This document shows positions 8,896 through 17,926 of a stretch of DNA of 64,000 nucleotides, in pieces (position 1 is the first letter of the stretch; each line of letters starts with the position of its first letter). This DNA comes from Oceanispirochaeta sp. (GTDB taxonomy: Bacteria; Spirochaetota; Spirochaetia; DSM-2461), in assembly GCA_963663385.2 (NCBI GenBank), contig CAXXXD010000002.1, forward strand, positions 1,088,001-1,152,000, written 5' to 3'. Position numbers and translations under genes: made by a program. The notes below the pieces were generated by a model. The model saw only the letters and a list, made by a program, of their open reading frames with translations. It was not told where the DNA came from and ran no database searches.

Positions 8896-10743
8896 TCAGA
8901 TCTCCTCGGGAAGAACTCTCATGGCTCCCTCATCCGCGGATGAAGCAAGCAGCGCATAGGCTTTCAGAGCCTGGGAGACGACCCGGCCCCTACCAACCGG
9001 TTTATAGGCGTCCCGGCCCTTTGCTTCCTCTTCTTTTCGCCGTTCCGCCATCTCTTCATCACTGATCATTACATTGATAGAGCGCTCGGGGATGTTGATA
9101 TCGATGGTATCTCCGTCACGGATCAGAGCAATTTCGCCTTTTGAAGCCGCCTCGGGAGAGACATGACCGATAGACAGTCCTGAGGTTCCCCCGGAAAAAC
9201 GGCCGTCTGTGATCAGGGCGCACTCTTTTCCAAGGTGCATGGATTTAATATAGGAGGTAGGGTAGAGCATCTCCTGCATCCCCGGTCCCCCCTTGGGTCC
9301 CTCGTAGCGGATGATTACCACATCCCCCGACTTGATATCTCCGCCCAGAATCGCATCGCAGGCGGCATCCTGTGAGTAGTAGACCCTGGCCGGGCCGGTG
9401 AAGTGGAAGATTGACTCATCCACACCGGCGGTTTTTACGATGCAGCCCTTCCGGGCGATATTGCCGAACAGTACGGCCAGGCCGCCGTCGACGGTGTAGC
9501 AGGAGGCTTTATCCCGGATACAGCCGTCTTTCCGGTCTGTATCCAGCTCTTTGAAGTAATTCTCCTGTCCCCCCATAACAAGGCACTTTTTACCGCCGGG
9601 AGCCGCGCTGAAGAATTTTTTCACGTCCTCCGAAACAGAGGGGGTGGTAATATCATACTGGGCCAGAGCTGTTTTCAGGTCCGAAGCATCCACCCGTTTG
9701 GCATCGCTGCATAGCAGACCGGCCTTGTTCAGTTCGTTCAGGATCCCCAGGATTCCTCCCGCCCGGTGTACATCTTCAATATGGTACTTCTGGGAGTTGG
9801 GGGAGACTTTACAGAGACAGGGCACGTTGCGGGAGAGTTCGTTGATATGGTTCATGGTGAACTCAACCCCTGCCGCCCGGGCTATAGCCAGGATATGGAG
9901 GACCGTATTGGTGGAGCCTCCCATGGCGATATCCAGGGTCATGGCGTTTCTGAAGGCATCCATGGTAGCGATGGAACGGGGCAGTACACTCTCATCCCCA
10001 TTTTCGTAGAATTTATAGGTATTCTCCACAATGATTTTTGCAGCTTTCTTAAAGAGCTCGGGGCGCATCTTATGGGTGGAGAGGAGAGTTCCGTTACCGG
10101 GAAGGCCGAGACCCAGGGCTTCCACCAGACAGTTCATCGAGTTGGCTGTGAACATGCCGGAACAGGACCCGCAGGTGGGACAGGCCACCATCTCCACTTC
10201 GGCGATCTTTTCATCCGGTACACTTTTGTCGGCACTCATAACCATGGCGTCCACCAGGTCGTAACTTCTCTCACCGGCGCTGACCCGTCCGGCTTCCATG
10301 GGGCCGCCGGAAACGAAGATGGCCGGAATGTTCATCCGCATGGCGGCGATCAGCATACCCGGCGTGATTTTATCGCAGTTGCTGATACATATCATGGCGT
10401 CCGCCTTGTGGGCGTTGCACATATACTCAACACTGTCGGCGATAACTTCACGGGAGGGGAGGGAATAGAGCATGCCGTCATGGCCCATGGCGATTCCATC
10501 GTCTATGGCTATAGTGTTGAATTCGGCGGCGAAACAGCCCATCTCTTCGATATAGGATTTAACCTGTTGTCCGATGGAGTGAAGGTGTACATGACCCGGT
10601 ACAAACTGGGTAAAGGAGTTCACGATGGCGATAACCGGTTTATCCATCTGTTCTTCCGTCATGCCGTTGGCCCGCCAGAGGCTTCTGGCCCCTGCCATGC
10701 GCCTGCCGTCTTTTGTAACTGAACTTCTCCATTTTCCTGCCAT
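8896..10743 (-). CDS. ilvD: Dihydroxy-acid dehydratase
   Basis: [52 protein letters not shown] and TDGRFSG. Confidence 0.97.
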   Translation of the reverse strand: MAGKWRSSVTKDGRRMAGARSLWRANGMTEEQMDKPVIAIVNSFTQFVPGHVHLHSIGQQVKSYIEEMGCFAAEFNTIAIDDGIAMGHDGMLYSLPSREVIADSVEYMCNAHKADAMICISNCDKITPGMLIAAMRMNIPAIFVSGGPMEAGRVSAGERSYDLVDAMVMSADKSVPDEKIAEVEMVACPTCGSCSGMFTANSMNCLVEALGLGLPGNGTLLSTHKMRPELFKKAAKIIVENTYKFYENGDESVLPRSIATMDAFRNAMTLDIAMGGSTNTVLHILAIARAAGVEFTMNHINELSRNVPCLCKVSPNSQKYHIEDVHRAGGILGILNELNKAGLLCSDAKRVDASDLKTALAQYDITTPSVSEDVKKFFSAAPGGKKCLVMGGQENYFKELDTDRKDGCIRDKASCYTVDGGLAVLFGNIARKGCIVKTAGVDESIFHFTGPARVYYSQDAACDAILGGDIKSGDVVIIRYEGPKGGPGMQEMLYPTSYIKSMHLGKECALITDGRFSGGTSGLSIGHVSPEAASKGEIALIRDGDTIDINIPERSINVMISDEEMAERRKEEEAKGRDAYKPVGRGRVVSQALKAYALLASSADEGAMRVLPEEI

Positions 10744-10885
10744 TATTATTATCCTCCGGTATATCTTGTTTATCTATTAATCTTTCTAAGATGAGTTTCC
10801 AGTATAATCTCTTCACCCGAGATTGCAATATATTGTCTTGTGAAATAAAGAGAATATCCCATTGCATTCTGTGCAATGAAGATTC

Positions 10886-11731
10886 CTATATTTTCCCTTT
10901 GGTCAGCAGGTTATCCAGGGCCGAATGACTCCTTTCCAGTCCTTCTGTTACGGATTCGCTCTCTTTAACCCGCTCTGTAACATCTACCAGAGACTTCATT
11001 CCAAAATTCAGAGCTGTACTCTGTTCCTGAATGGATCTGAGTATTTCCGTTACAATTTCCACAGACTGTTCCGCTGCTACAGAATTATCTTTGAATGTCT
11101 CCTGAACCTGTTTCAAGTCCTTGACAAAACCGTTCATGTTTTCCATAAAGCCGCTCATCTGGTCGGTCACACCTGTCAGTATCCTGAAAAAAACATCAAT
11201 ACTGTCTGTAATCTGATCGGCAAACTCATGGGTCTGGGAGGCCAGATTCCTGACTTCTCCTGCAATAATCCGAAATCCTCTGCCTGCCTCACCCGCTCTC
11301 GCCGCTTCAATGGAAGCGTTTATGGCAAGGATATTTGTGGTATCCGCCACATTCTGAATTTCATGGGACATATCCTGTATGTGGGAGGAGCGCTGGTTCA
11401 GTTCTGTAAACCGTTTCTGGATATCTTTTCCTTTTTCGGCTGTTTCATCCAGGCGGGCAAAACTGGTATCCACTTTACTGCTTATCTGTGTATTCCGTTC
11501 CAGCAGCTGGTCCATGGCTCTGTCAATATTCCGTGAGTGGGAGGCCGAACTGGCCGATGAGGAACGTATTTCCTCAAAGGCCGTAAGAACATCTTCAAGG
11601 GACGCTGAAATATCATGCATATTTTCATGGATGATATGCATGGCCTTTCCAGATATAGTATTGAGAACCTGCCCTTTATTATACCCTATAACAAAGCGGT
11701 CCAGCAGGTTTTTCATTTCTTTCTGATCCAT
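10886..11731 (-). CDS. Soluble (no TM) methyl-accepting chemotaxis protein
   Basis: MCP hairpin tip [33 protein letters not shown]; no hydrophobic segment. Confidence 0.9.
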   Translation of the reverse strand: MDQKEMKNLLDRFVIGYNKGQVLNTISGKAMHIIHENMHDISASLEDVLTAFEEIRSSSASSASHSRNIDRAMDQLLERNTQISSKVDTSFARLDETAEKGKDIQKRFTELNQRSSHIQDMSHEIQNVADTTNILAINASIEAARAGEAGRGFRIIAGEVRNLASQTHEFADQITDSIDVFFRILTGVTDQMSGFMENMNGFVKDLKQVQETFKDNSVAAEQSVEIVTEILRSIQEQSTALNFGMKSLVDVTERVKESESVTEGLERSHSALDNLLTKGKI

Positions 11732-11734
11732 TCC

Positions 11735-12508
11735 CTACACCTCACCATAGAGGGTATCCAGAAGATCAATGCCGCAGTCAAGGTTGGCAATCCAGTCCAG
11801 AAAACGGTTCATCTCCTTATCCTTGAATATTTTCCCATGCTGGGGGGCAATCATACCGGGGTTTTGCCGCCTGACCATAGCCGCCCAGCGGGCTGTGACC
11901 TTTTTTGAGGTCATATAACGCGTATGGAAGCCAACCAGGTCGGGCAGATGTCTGTCAAAGTCCTCTACCATAAGGGTGTCAGCGTTATACTGGATATCGG
12001 CTGCCCCGATATCTCCGGAAAAGAGGATCCCCGAAACAGGGTCCATAAGGCAGTAACTTCCCACAGAATGAAGGAAATGGGAGGGGAGGGGCTTCAGGTT
12101 CATTCCTCCCAGAGGGATTACTGCCTGTCTACTCGACAGGGGAATGATTCTGTTACTATCAATCAGCCCGAAGTGCGGCATAAAACGGACCCAGAGTTCT
12201 GAAATATAAATCTTCGCGCTGGTAATACCAAGCCACAGGGCTATGCCGGATGAAACATCAGGATCCTGGTGGGAAAAGAAAATGGCATCAATATGATCAA
12301 GGTTGATAAAACGGCTGGCAACCGAAACAACCCGTGAAAAAAGGTGAAGCCCGCCGGGATCGAGAAGAATTCCCCTGCCCTTATGGATAATAAGGTACTG
12401 GTTGGTCATAATGACTCCCGAATCTTCCTTTTCATCTGCACCCAGCCAGATAAATTTATGATCCTGGTCTTCGTATAGAATCTTTCCGTAAGTACTATTA
12501 CTGCTCAT
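11735..12508 (-). CDS. Metallo-beta-lactamase-fold oxygen-binding di-iron protein (ODP)
   Basis: TNQYLI, LDPGG, SHQDPD, HFLHS, FSGDIG and IAPQHG motifs; no flavodoxin domain; directly upstream of a soluble MCP. Confidence 0.8.
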   Translation of the reverse strand: MSSNSTYGKILYEDQDHKFIWLGADEKEDSGVIMTNQYLIIHKGRGILLDPGGLHLFSRVVSVASRFINLDHIDAIFFSHQDPDVSSGIALWLGITSAKIYISELWVRFMPHFGLIDSNRIIPLSSRQAVIPLGGMNLKPLPSHFLHSVGSYCLMDPVSGILFSGDIGAADIQYNADTLMVEDFDRHLPDLVGFHTRYMTSKKVTARWAAMVRRQNPGMIAPQHGKIFKDKEMNRFLDWIANLDCGIDLLDTLYGEV

Positions 12509-12638
12509 TCCATTTTTTCCTTATATTCATTCTTTTATTTAATCATTTAATTATTTTAGTCCAAAGAAGCTTTAAGGCAAAGAATAAATGTTAGAATAAT
12601 GCCTATATATGCCGCGGGAGTGAAAAAAAGTTAATCCT

Positions 12639-13322
12639 ATGAAAAAGAATGATTTAATTGCCCTTTCCGAGGTCTCTTTGTTTAATGGCCTTGATATCCT
12701 GGCTCTGGAGCGTTTTTTCCGGAACCGGGAGGAGTATCGGATCAGGCAGTTCCGAAAAGGAGAGTTTCCCGGTTTCCAGGGGGACAGCTATGACAGCCTG
12801 CTCTTTTTATTAAGAGGCAGCGCTGCCGCTTCCATGGCGGCTCCCAACGGGAAAGTTGTCCGTCTGGAAACCCTGCAGGCTCCCTGTGCTGTGGCTACGG
12901 CGATACTGTTCTCCAGTCAGCAGTCCCTTCCGGTTACCCTGGAAGCCCTGGAACCCCTGGATTGCCTCTTTATAAGCAAGGCGACTGTTCTGGAACTGAT
13001 GCATGAATTCCCGGCTCTTCTGGAAGCTTATCTCAAAGATAACGGGGATCGTCTGCTTCTTCTGGCTGAAAAGATACGTCTGTTTCAATTCAAATCCCTG
13101 CGGCAGAAAATAATCAGCCATTTTCTGGTTCAGGCCGACCGGCAGAAGAGCCTTGAAATCAGGCTTGTTTACTCCCGTGAGGATATGGCTCAGCTGATGG
13201 GAGTGGCCCGTCCCTCTCTGTCCCGTGAAATTTCCGCTCTGGTTAAAGAGGGATTGATTACCGTTAAGGGGCGGCAGGTCGTTATTGCCGATAAACAGCT
13301 GCTGATGCAGGCCCTGCGATGA
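12639..13322 (+). CDS. Crp/Fnr-family regulator (HcpR-like)
   Basis: cNMP-binding fold and HTH SREDMAQLMGVARPSLSRE; hcp is nearby. Confidence 0.85.
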   Translation: MKKNDLIALSEVSLFNGLDILALERFFRNREEYRIRQFRKGEFPGFQGDSYDSLLFLLRGSAAASMAAPNGKVVRLETLQAPCAVATAILFSSQQSLPVTLEALEPLDCLFISKATVLELMHEFPALLEAYLKDNGDRLLLLAEKIRLFQFKSLRQKIISHFLVQADRQKSLEIRLVYSREDMAQLMGVARPSLSREISALVKEGLITVKGRQVVIADKQLLMQALR

Positions 13323-13336
13323 CCGCGTACCTCCTC

Positions 13337-13414
13337 GACCCCTCTCACTCTCCCCGAAGGGGAGATGCAATTGGAAGGTCGCACCCCTCCCTCCGGAGGG
13401 GGCTGGGGGAGGTC
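13337..13414. repeat. REP doublet (type A 13337-13365 plus inverted type B 13384-13414)
   Basis: Same two-part arrangement as 8501-8630, again between convergent genes. Confidence 0.75.
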
Positions 13415-14391
13415 TACAGCTGAATTCTCAGGTTGGTTGTCATACCCAGGGTCTGGTTGGTAATACCGTAGTTCAGACCGAAGTCAATTTTAAACAGGGG
13501 CAGGTTCAGTCCGGCTCCGCCGAAGAGACGAAGGGCTCCGCCGTTGACATCGGATGAGATAATGACACCTTCATCATCAATTTCAATTCCGGTAGCCGCT
13601 TCAAGCGCCGCGATATCCGTTGCGCTTATTTCGTTGCCGTCCAGAGAGACTGTTCCGTTTGTAATACCGCCGCCGGCTGTTGATACACCGTAGGAGTAAC
13701 CCATTCCGGCGGAAAGGTTGAGTAACAGGAGTTTCTTGCTGACCTGAGCCTTGAAATCAAAAATATTGACACCCCAGTCGAAGATCATATCCGTATCTTC
13801 AATGGCCAGTTCATTCCCGATCACTCCGTTGCTGACATCGGAGATATCCACTTCCTGATCCCCAACGGGAACAACCACTTCGCCCTTCAGGTAGGTATAA
13901 CCCACACCGACCGACAGTTCGGGCAGAACAGGATTTCCCTTCAGTACAGCGTATCGGACATCTCCGCCCAGCATAAGATAGTTCAGGGAGTAGTCTATAT
14001 CCATCAGATCCCTGGTATCCAGAACCCCGATTTTAAAACCCGCATCCATGGGAAGGATGGGGATTCCAACACGGGCATCCAGACTGTACATGGGAAGGGG
14101 AACGCCCAGACTGGAAAGGTCCGTCAGTGTGTCATCTCCGATCAGATCGGAAATATCTTCAAAAGCTGTGGAAGGTATAAATACGGCACCCATGGTAAGG
14201 CCTACTCCGAATCGGGGGAAAATCCCCGTATAGGCATCATTCCAGTTCAGTCCCATTCCGGCCATCAGGGGCAGTGTGCCTGCCACTTCATCGGCGAAAG
14301 ATTCAAATCCGTCCTCCACACCTTCCAGATCATACGCCGTTACGGAAAAAGACATTATTAATAGCAGAAATAGTATTGCTGTTTTCTTCAT
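13414..14391 (-). CDS. Hypothetical exported protein, probable outer-membrane beta-barrel
   Basis: Signal peptide, alternating hydrophobic/Gly strands (LSVGVGYTY, FKIDFGLNY) and terminal strand NLRIQL. Its RBS is the IS insertion site. Confidence 0.7.
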   Translation of the reverse strand: MKKTAILFLLLIMSFSVTAYDLEGVEDGFESFADEVAGTLPLMAGMGLNWNDAYTGIFPRFGVGLTMGAVFIPSTAFEDISDLIGDDTLTDLSSLGVPLPMYSLDARVGIPILPMDAGFKIGVLDTRDLMDIDYSLNYLMLGGDVRYAVLKGNPVLPELSVGVGYTYLKGEVVVPVGDQEVDISDVSNGVIGNELAIEDTDMIFDWGVNIFDFKAQVSKKLLLLNLSAGMGYSYGVSTAGGGITNGTVSLDGNEISATDIAALEAATGIEIDDEGVIISSDVNGGALRLFGGAGLNLPLFKIDFGLNYGITNQTLGMTTNLRIQL

Positions 14392-14450
14392 TTTTCACTC
14401 CTATAAAAAGTCAATCATAAGCCTATTAACAAGCTTACAATTGAACCGGA

Positions 14451-15563
14451 TTACCCAGTTTTTACGGCATTGAATGCAGCCGCCTGCATCTTCAAGTACT
14501 TATCATCCGGAACCATCTTCAACGGATCAAAGGGTTCACGGGTTTTCAATATGGAGTACACTACCGTACTCATCTTTCTTGCAGAGGCGATAATACTCGT
14601 GCCGCTGCCCTTGTTCTTCTTCATCGCTCTGTACTTCGTCATGATACGGTAATTGCCAGTCGTTTTCCGAGTTCTAACCATTCCCATAACACACTGAACA
14701 AATGCCGTTCTCAGTTCTACAGCCCCTCTCTTTGTTATATGCCCATGATGAATCGTCTCATTGGAGTTCTGCACCCATGGTACAAGACCGGCATAAGCCG
14801 AATACTTCTTGGCACTGGCGTACCGCTTGATATCATCCGTATAGGCCCTAATAGTCGATGCCGTTATCAATCCGACTCCCGGGATCGTCTGCAATAACTG
14901 TACATCCTCATCTTCCTTTACAAGTTCCAGCAGGACTTTCTCTAACTGCTTGACCTGGTTCGAAACCTGATCTATCGTAGAAAGCAGCGGTTCTATCGCT
15001 TTGGCAGCGCTTCCGAAACTCCTATGGTCCACGAGACCGATGAGGATGCGCTGCCTTTCTTTTTTACTCTGCAGCGCAGCTCTTTTTGTTTCAATTCCAT
15101 ACCCTAGAAGCAGTCCGTGAACCTGATTCTTCAAAGATACGACTGATTTAACAAGGATAGTTCTGGATTTAAGAACTCTACGGATATCCTCACTCTCCTG
15201 AGAACAAAGCTGTGATTCGGGAAGCATATCTTTTTCCAAGAACTCTGCTAGAGTTCTGGCATCATGCTTATCCGTCTTTTTCACTGATTCATTTACAACT
15301 TTGAATTTCAGTGTATTCACAACCACCACCTCAATCCCTGCTAGCAATAGCTTGTTACGGAAGAACCGGGCATTTCCTGTTGATTCCACTGCAGCCCTAA
15401 CATCAAGGCCCTCTTCTGTATAGGACACTGCTTTCTCAAGAAATGCTCTGTAACCGTCCTCAGAGGTCGGATACATTCCTGATTCACAAATGCTTCTATC
15501 ATCACTCAGGAAACAGACTGTTAACTGGGATTTGTGCAGATCCACTCCGATACTCATCTTCAT
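14451..15563 (-). CDS. IS110-family (DEDD RuvC-like + Tnp domain) transposase/recombinase
   Basis: SIGVDLHK, VESTG, KTDKHDA, LQTIPGVGLITA, YAGLVPWVQNS and GHITKRG motifs. Start at MKMSIG after AGGAG. Confidence 0.95.
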   Translation of the reverse strand: MKMSIGVDLHKSQLTVCFLSDDRSICESGMYPTSEDGYRAFLEKAVSYTEEGLDVRAAVESTGNARFFRNKLLLAGIEVVVVNTLKFKVVNESVKKTDKHDARTLAEFLEKDMLPESQLCSQESEDIRRVLKSRTILVKSVVSLKNQVHGLLLGYGIETKRAALQSKKERQRILIGLVDHRSFGSAAKAIEPLLSTIDQVSNQVKQLEKVLLELVKEDEDVQLLQTIPGVGLITASTIRAYTDDIKRYASAKKYSAYAGLVPWVQNSNETIHHGHITKRGAVELRTAFVQCVMGMVRTRKTTGNYRIMTKYRAMKKNKGSGTSIIASARKMSTVVYSILKTREPFDPLKMVPDDKYLKMQAAAFNAVKTG

Positions 15564-15574
15564 ACCTTCGCTCC

Positions 15575-15730
15575 TATTGCCTAAAACAGCGCCTGTACGG
15601 TGAATTGATTCCATTCTCCTATCCGGTCTCGAAGACCATTGAATGTTTCGGTCACGGCTCTTCATTCTCCTGTACGGTCTCGGAGACCAGTAAAAATGGC
15701 GAACAGTAACCTGGCTGTTCTAAACGATGT
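15575..15730 (-). ncRNA. Putative IS110 bridge/seek RNA in the left-end non-coding region (ends approximate)
   Basis: 5' hairpin GAACAG-N8-CTGTTC, then two modules CATT..GGTCT-N3-AGACC..AGGAG-AATG (15663-15698 and 15612-15645) carrying TACAGGAG (target flank) and ATAGGAG (element end). Confidence 0.75.
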
Positions 15731-15737
15731 TTAGAAC

Positions 15738-15746
15738 ATTGTATCA
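15738..15746 (-). promoter_or_regulatory. Extended -10 promoter (TGnTACAAT) in the IS left end
   Basis: The - strand reads TGATACAAT just upstream of the putative RNA, abutting the hairpin TGTTCTAAAC-GAT-GTTTAGAACA (15716-15738). Confidence 0.45.
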
Positions 15747-16033
15747 ATCCACAAGCCTATGAAGACTTTTTATCATTCCTCCTGTAAGCATAAAATTTAT
15801 GCTACTACAAAATTCTACTGTTTTTTTCGGGAAAATTCACGTTTTTTATTCGGAATGAGGGTAAATCCCCTCAATAGGAATTATGCTGCAGAAAGCGGCG
15901 GCTGTGCCGAACAAAAGTCCTGGACCAATTGGTCCGGGATTCTTACTGGTTTGCTTCAAAAAAACGGCTGTTATTCCCAATCATTCCGCAGGATTATAGA
16001 TAATGATAGAAAAAATGCAAAGATGCCGGTGTT

Positions 16034-16062
16034 AAAAAAAAACGGCCCCGCAGGGCCGTTTT
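16034..16062 (-). terminator. Intrinsic terminator of hcp
   Basis: AAAACGGCCC-CGCA-GGGCCGTTTT with a long T-tract on the - strand, 30 bp after the hcp stop. Confidence 0.8.
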
Positions 16063-16091
16063 CCTTAAAAAGACTATTTTCACATAGGGAA

Positions 16092-17732
16092 TCAGGCACC
16101 CATAAAAAGTTTTATATCATCTTCGACTGTACCGATCCCGGCAATGCCGAAGTTTTCAACCAGTACGTTTGCTACATTGGGTGAAAGGAAGGCGGGAAGG
16201 GTCGGGCCCAGGTGGATGTCCTTGACACCCAGGTAGAGCAGGGCCAGCAGTACGATAACCGCTTTCTGTTCATACCAGGCAATATTGTAGCTGATGGGCA
16301 GATCGTTAATGTCGTTCAGTTCAAATACTTCTTTCAGTTTAAGGGCGATAACAGCCAGGGAGTAGGAGTCATTACACTGGCCCGCATCCAGAACCCGGGG
16401 AATTCCGCCGATGTCACCCAGGGGCAGCTTGTTGTAGCGGTATTTGGCACAACCGGCCGTCAGGATAACTGTGTCTTCGGGAATCTGTCTGGCAAAGTCT
16501 GTGTAGTAGTCTCTCCCCTTCATTCTTCCGTCACAACCGGCCATTACAAAGAAACGTTTGATGGCACCGGTTTTAACGGCATCCACCACTTTGTCAGCCA
16601 GGGCGATTACCTGGTTGCGGGCAAATCCTCCGATGATTGTTCCCGTTTCAATTTCGGTGGGAGCTGAGCAGGTCTTTGCCTGAGCGATAATTTCAGAAAA
16701 ATCTTTTACTCCTCCTTCGGCAGGATCGGCGATATGTTTTACGCCGGGGTATCCGGAAGCTCCGGTGGTATAGATCCGGTCTTTATAGCTGTCTTTAACG
16801 GGGGTAATGCAGTTGGTCGTCATCAGGATGGGTCCGTTGAAGGAGGCAAACTCCTTGTCCTGTTTCCACCAGGCGTTTCCATAGTTCCCTACAAAGTGGT
16901 CATATTTTTTGAATGAGGGGTAGTAGTTGGCGGGGAGCATCTCGCTGTGAGTATACACATCCACACCGGTTCCTTCGGTCTGTTTCAGCAGCTCTTCCAT
17001 ATCTTTCAGATCATGTCCGGAAATCAGGATCCCGGGGTTAGTTTTTACTCCGATATTCACTTCCGTGATTTCGGGATTGCCGTAGGATTCGGTATTGGCC
17101 TTATCCAGTGCCGCCATTACGGAAACACCCTTCTCACCTGTTTCCATAGTGAGGGCCACAAGTTCATCCGCACTCAATGAATTGTCCAGTGTAGCCGCCA
17201 GTCCCCTGTACATAAACTTCAGAACCTCTTCGTCCTGTACTTTCAGGTGGTCCGCATGGCAGGCATAGGCCGCCATCCCTTTTAGCCCGTAGATGATCAG
17301 TTCCCGCAGGGAGCGGATATCCTCATTTTCTGTTGAAAGAACTCCCACAGTTCCGGCCTTTTCTTCCATGGCTGCGCCTGTAAGGGTAACGAAGGTAGCG
17401 GCGTCATGGAGTTCTGCCGGAACCAGGTCTCCCAGTTCTTTTTTCAGGCTGTCTCTGAGAGCGATATACTCGATGATGGTTTTTTCAAATACCGCACTGT
17501 CGAAGTTGGCATTGGTAATAGTCATAAAAAGACCGCGCATAATGGCCTGGTCTGCTTCGGGGAGGGCCTTGCCCTGAGCTCTGGCGGGGCCGGCTACCTG
17601 GGCAATCCCTTTCAGGGTATAGATCAGAAGATCCTGGAGGACCGCGGTTTCCGGAGTCTTTCCGCAGACTCCCCTGATTTCACAGCCGGTTCCTTTGGCG
17701 GCTTCCTGACACTGGTAACAGAACATATTCAT
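16092..17732 (-). CDS. hcp: Hybrid cluster protein (hydroxylamine/NO reductase)
   Basis: MFCYQCQE...GC...[29 protein letters not shown] and WYEQKA motifs. Start at MNMFC after AAGGAG. Confidence 0.97.
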   Translation of the reverse strand: MNMFCYQCQEAAKGTGCEIRGVCGKTPETAVLQDLLIYTLKGIAQVAGPARAQGKALPEADQAIMRGLFMTITNANFDSAVFEKTIIEYIALRDSLKKELGDLVPAELHDAATFVTLTGAAMEEKAGTVGVLSTENEDIRSLRELIIYGLKGMAAYACHADHLKVQDEEVLKFMYRGLAATLDNSLSADELVALTMETGEKGVSVMAALDKANTESYGNPEITEVNIGVKTNPGILISGHDLKDMEELLKQTEGTGVDVYTHSEMLPANYYPSFKKYDHFVGNYGNAWWKQDKEFASFNGPILMTTNCITPVKDSYKDRIYTTGASGYPGVKHIADPAEGGVKDFSEIIAQAKTCSAPTEIETGTIIGGFARNQVIALADKVVDAVKTGAIKRFFVMAGCDGRMKGRDYYTDFARQIPEDTVILTAGCAKYRYNKLPLGDIGGIPRVLDAGQCNDSYSLAVIALKLKEVFELNDINDLPISYNIAWYEQKAVIVLLALLYLGVKDIHLGPTLPAFLSPNVANVLVENFGIAGIGTVEDDIKLFMGA

Positions 17733-17825
17733 TGATTGACTCCTTAACGGCCTCAAGCGACCGTAATTCAAACTGATTTCGTTTAGGTTCTGAGAACATT
17801 CTACCCGGCTTCTCCGGAAGCTTCC

Positions 17826-17839
17826 GTAACTTATGTTAC
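17826..17839. promoter_or_regulatory. HcpR-type operator upstream of hcp
   Basis: Perfect GTAAC-N4-GTTAC palindrome about 95 bp upstream of the hcp start. Confidence 0.7.
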
Positions 17840-17926
17840 ATAAATAGGTATTTGTTTACCAAAATGCGTAAAATAAGTTGGTTTCATTCTATGGTTTCTT
17901 TTCTGTAAAGTATCTAGAATGGACCT

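Larger units (their letters stand above)
14398..15783 (-). mobile_element. IS110-family insertion sequence with subterminal inverted repeats, inserted at an AGGAG
   Basis: IRs ATAAAAAGTC (14403-14412)/GACTTTTTAT (15764-15773), extendable imperfectly to about 21 bp. CTCCT occurs at both junctions (14398-14402, 15779-15783). Single transposase. Confidence 0.9.

Noticed and set aside
9766..10722. 318-aa + strand ORF
   Set aside because: Antisense shadow of ilvD; no motifs or RBS.
15564..15665. 34-aa N-terminal extension of the transposase in the ORF track
   Set aside because: It runs through the structured RNA modules. IS110 transposases start just before the GxD motif, and a good RBS precedes 15563.
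15612..15698. Two similar repeats considered as a mini CRISPR array
   Set aside because: Only two units with a 17-bp gap and no cas genes; better explained as IS110 guide loops.
15759..16184. 141-aa + strand ORF beside the IS
   Set aside because: Spans the IS end, a promoter region, the hcp terminator and the hcp 3' end; no protein-like features.
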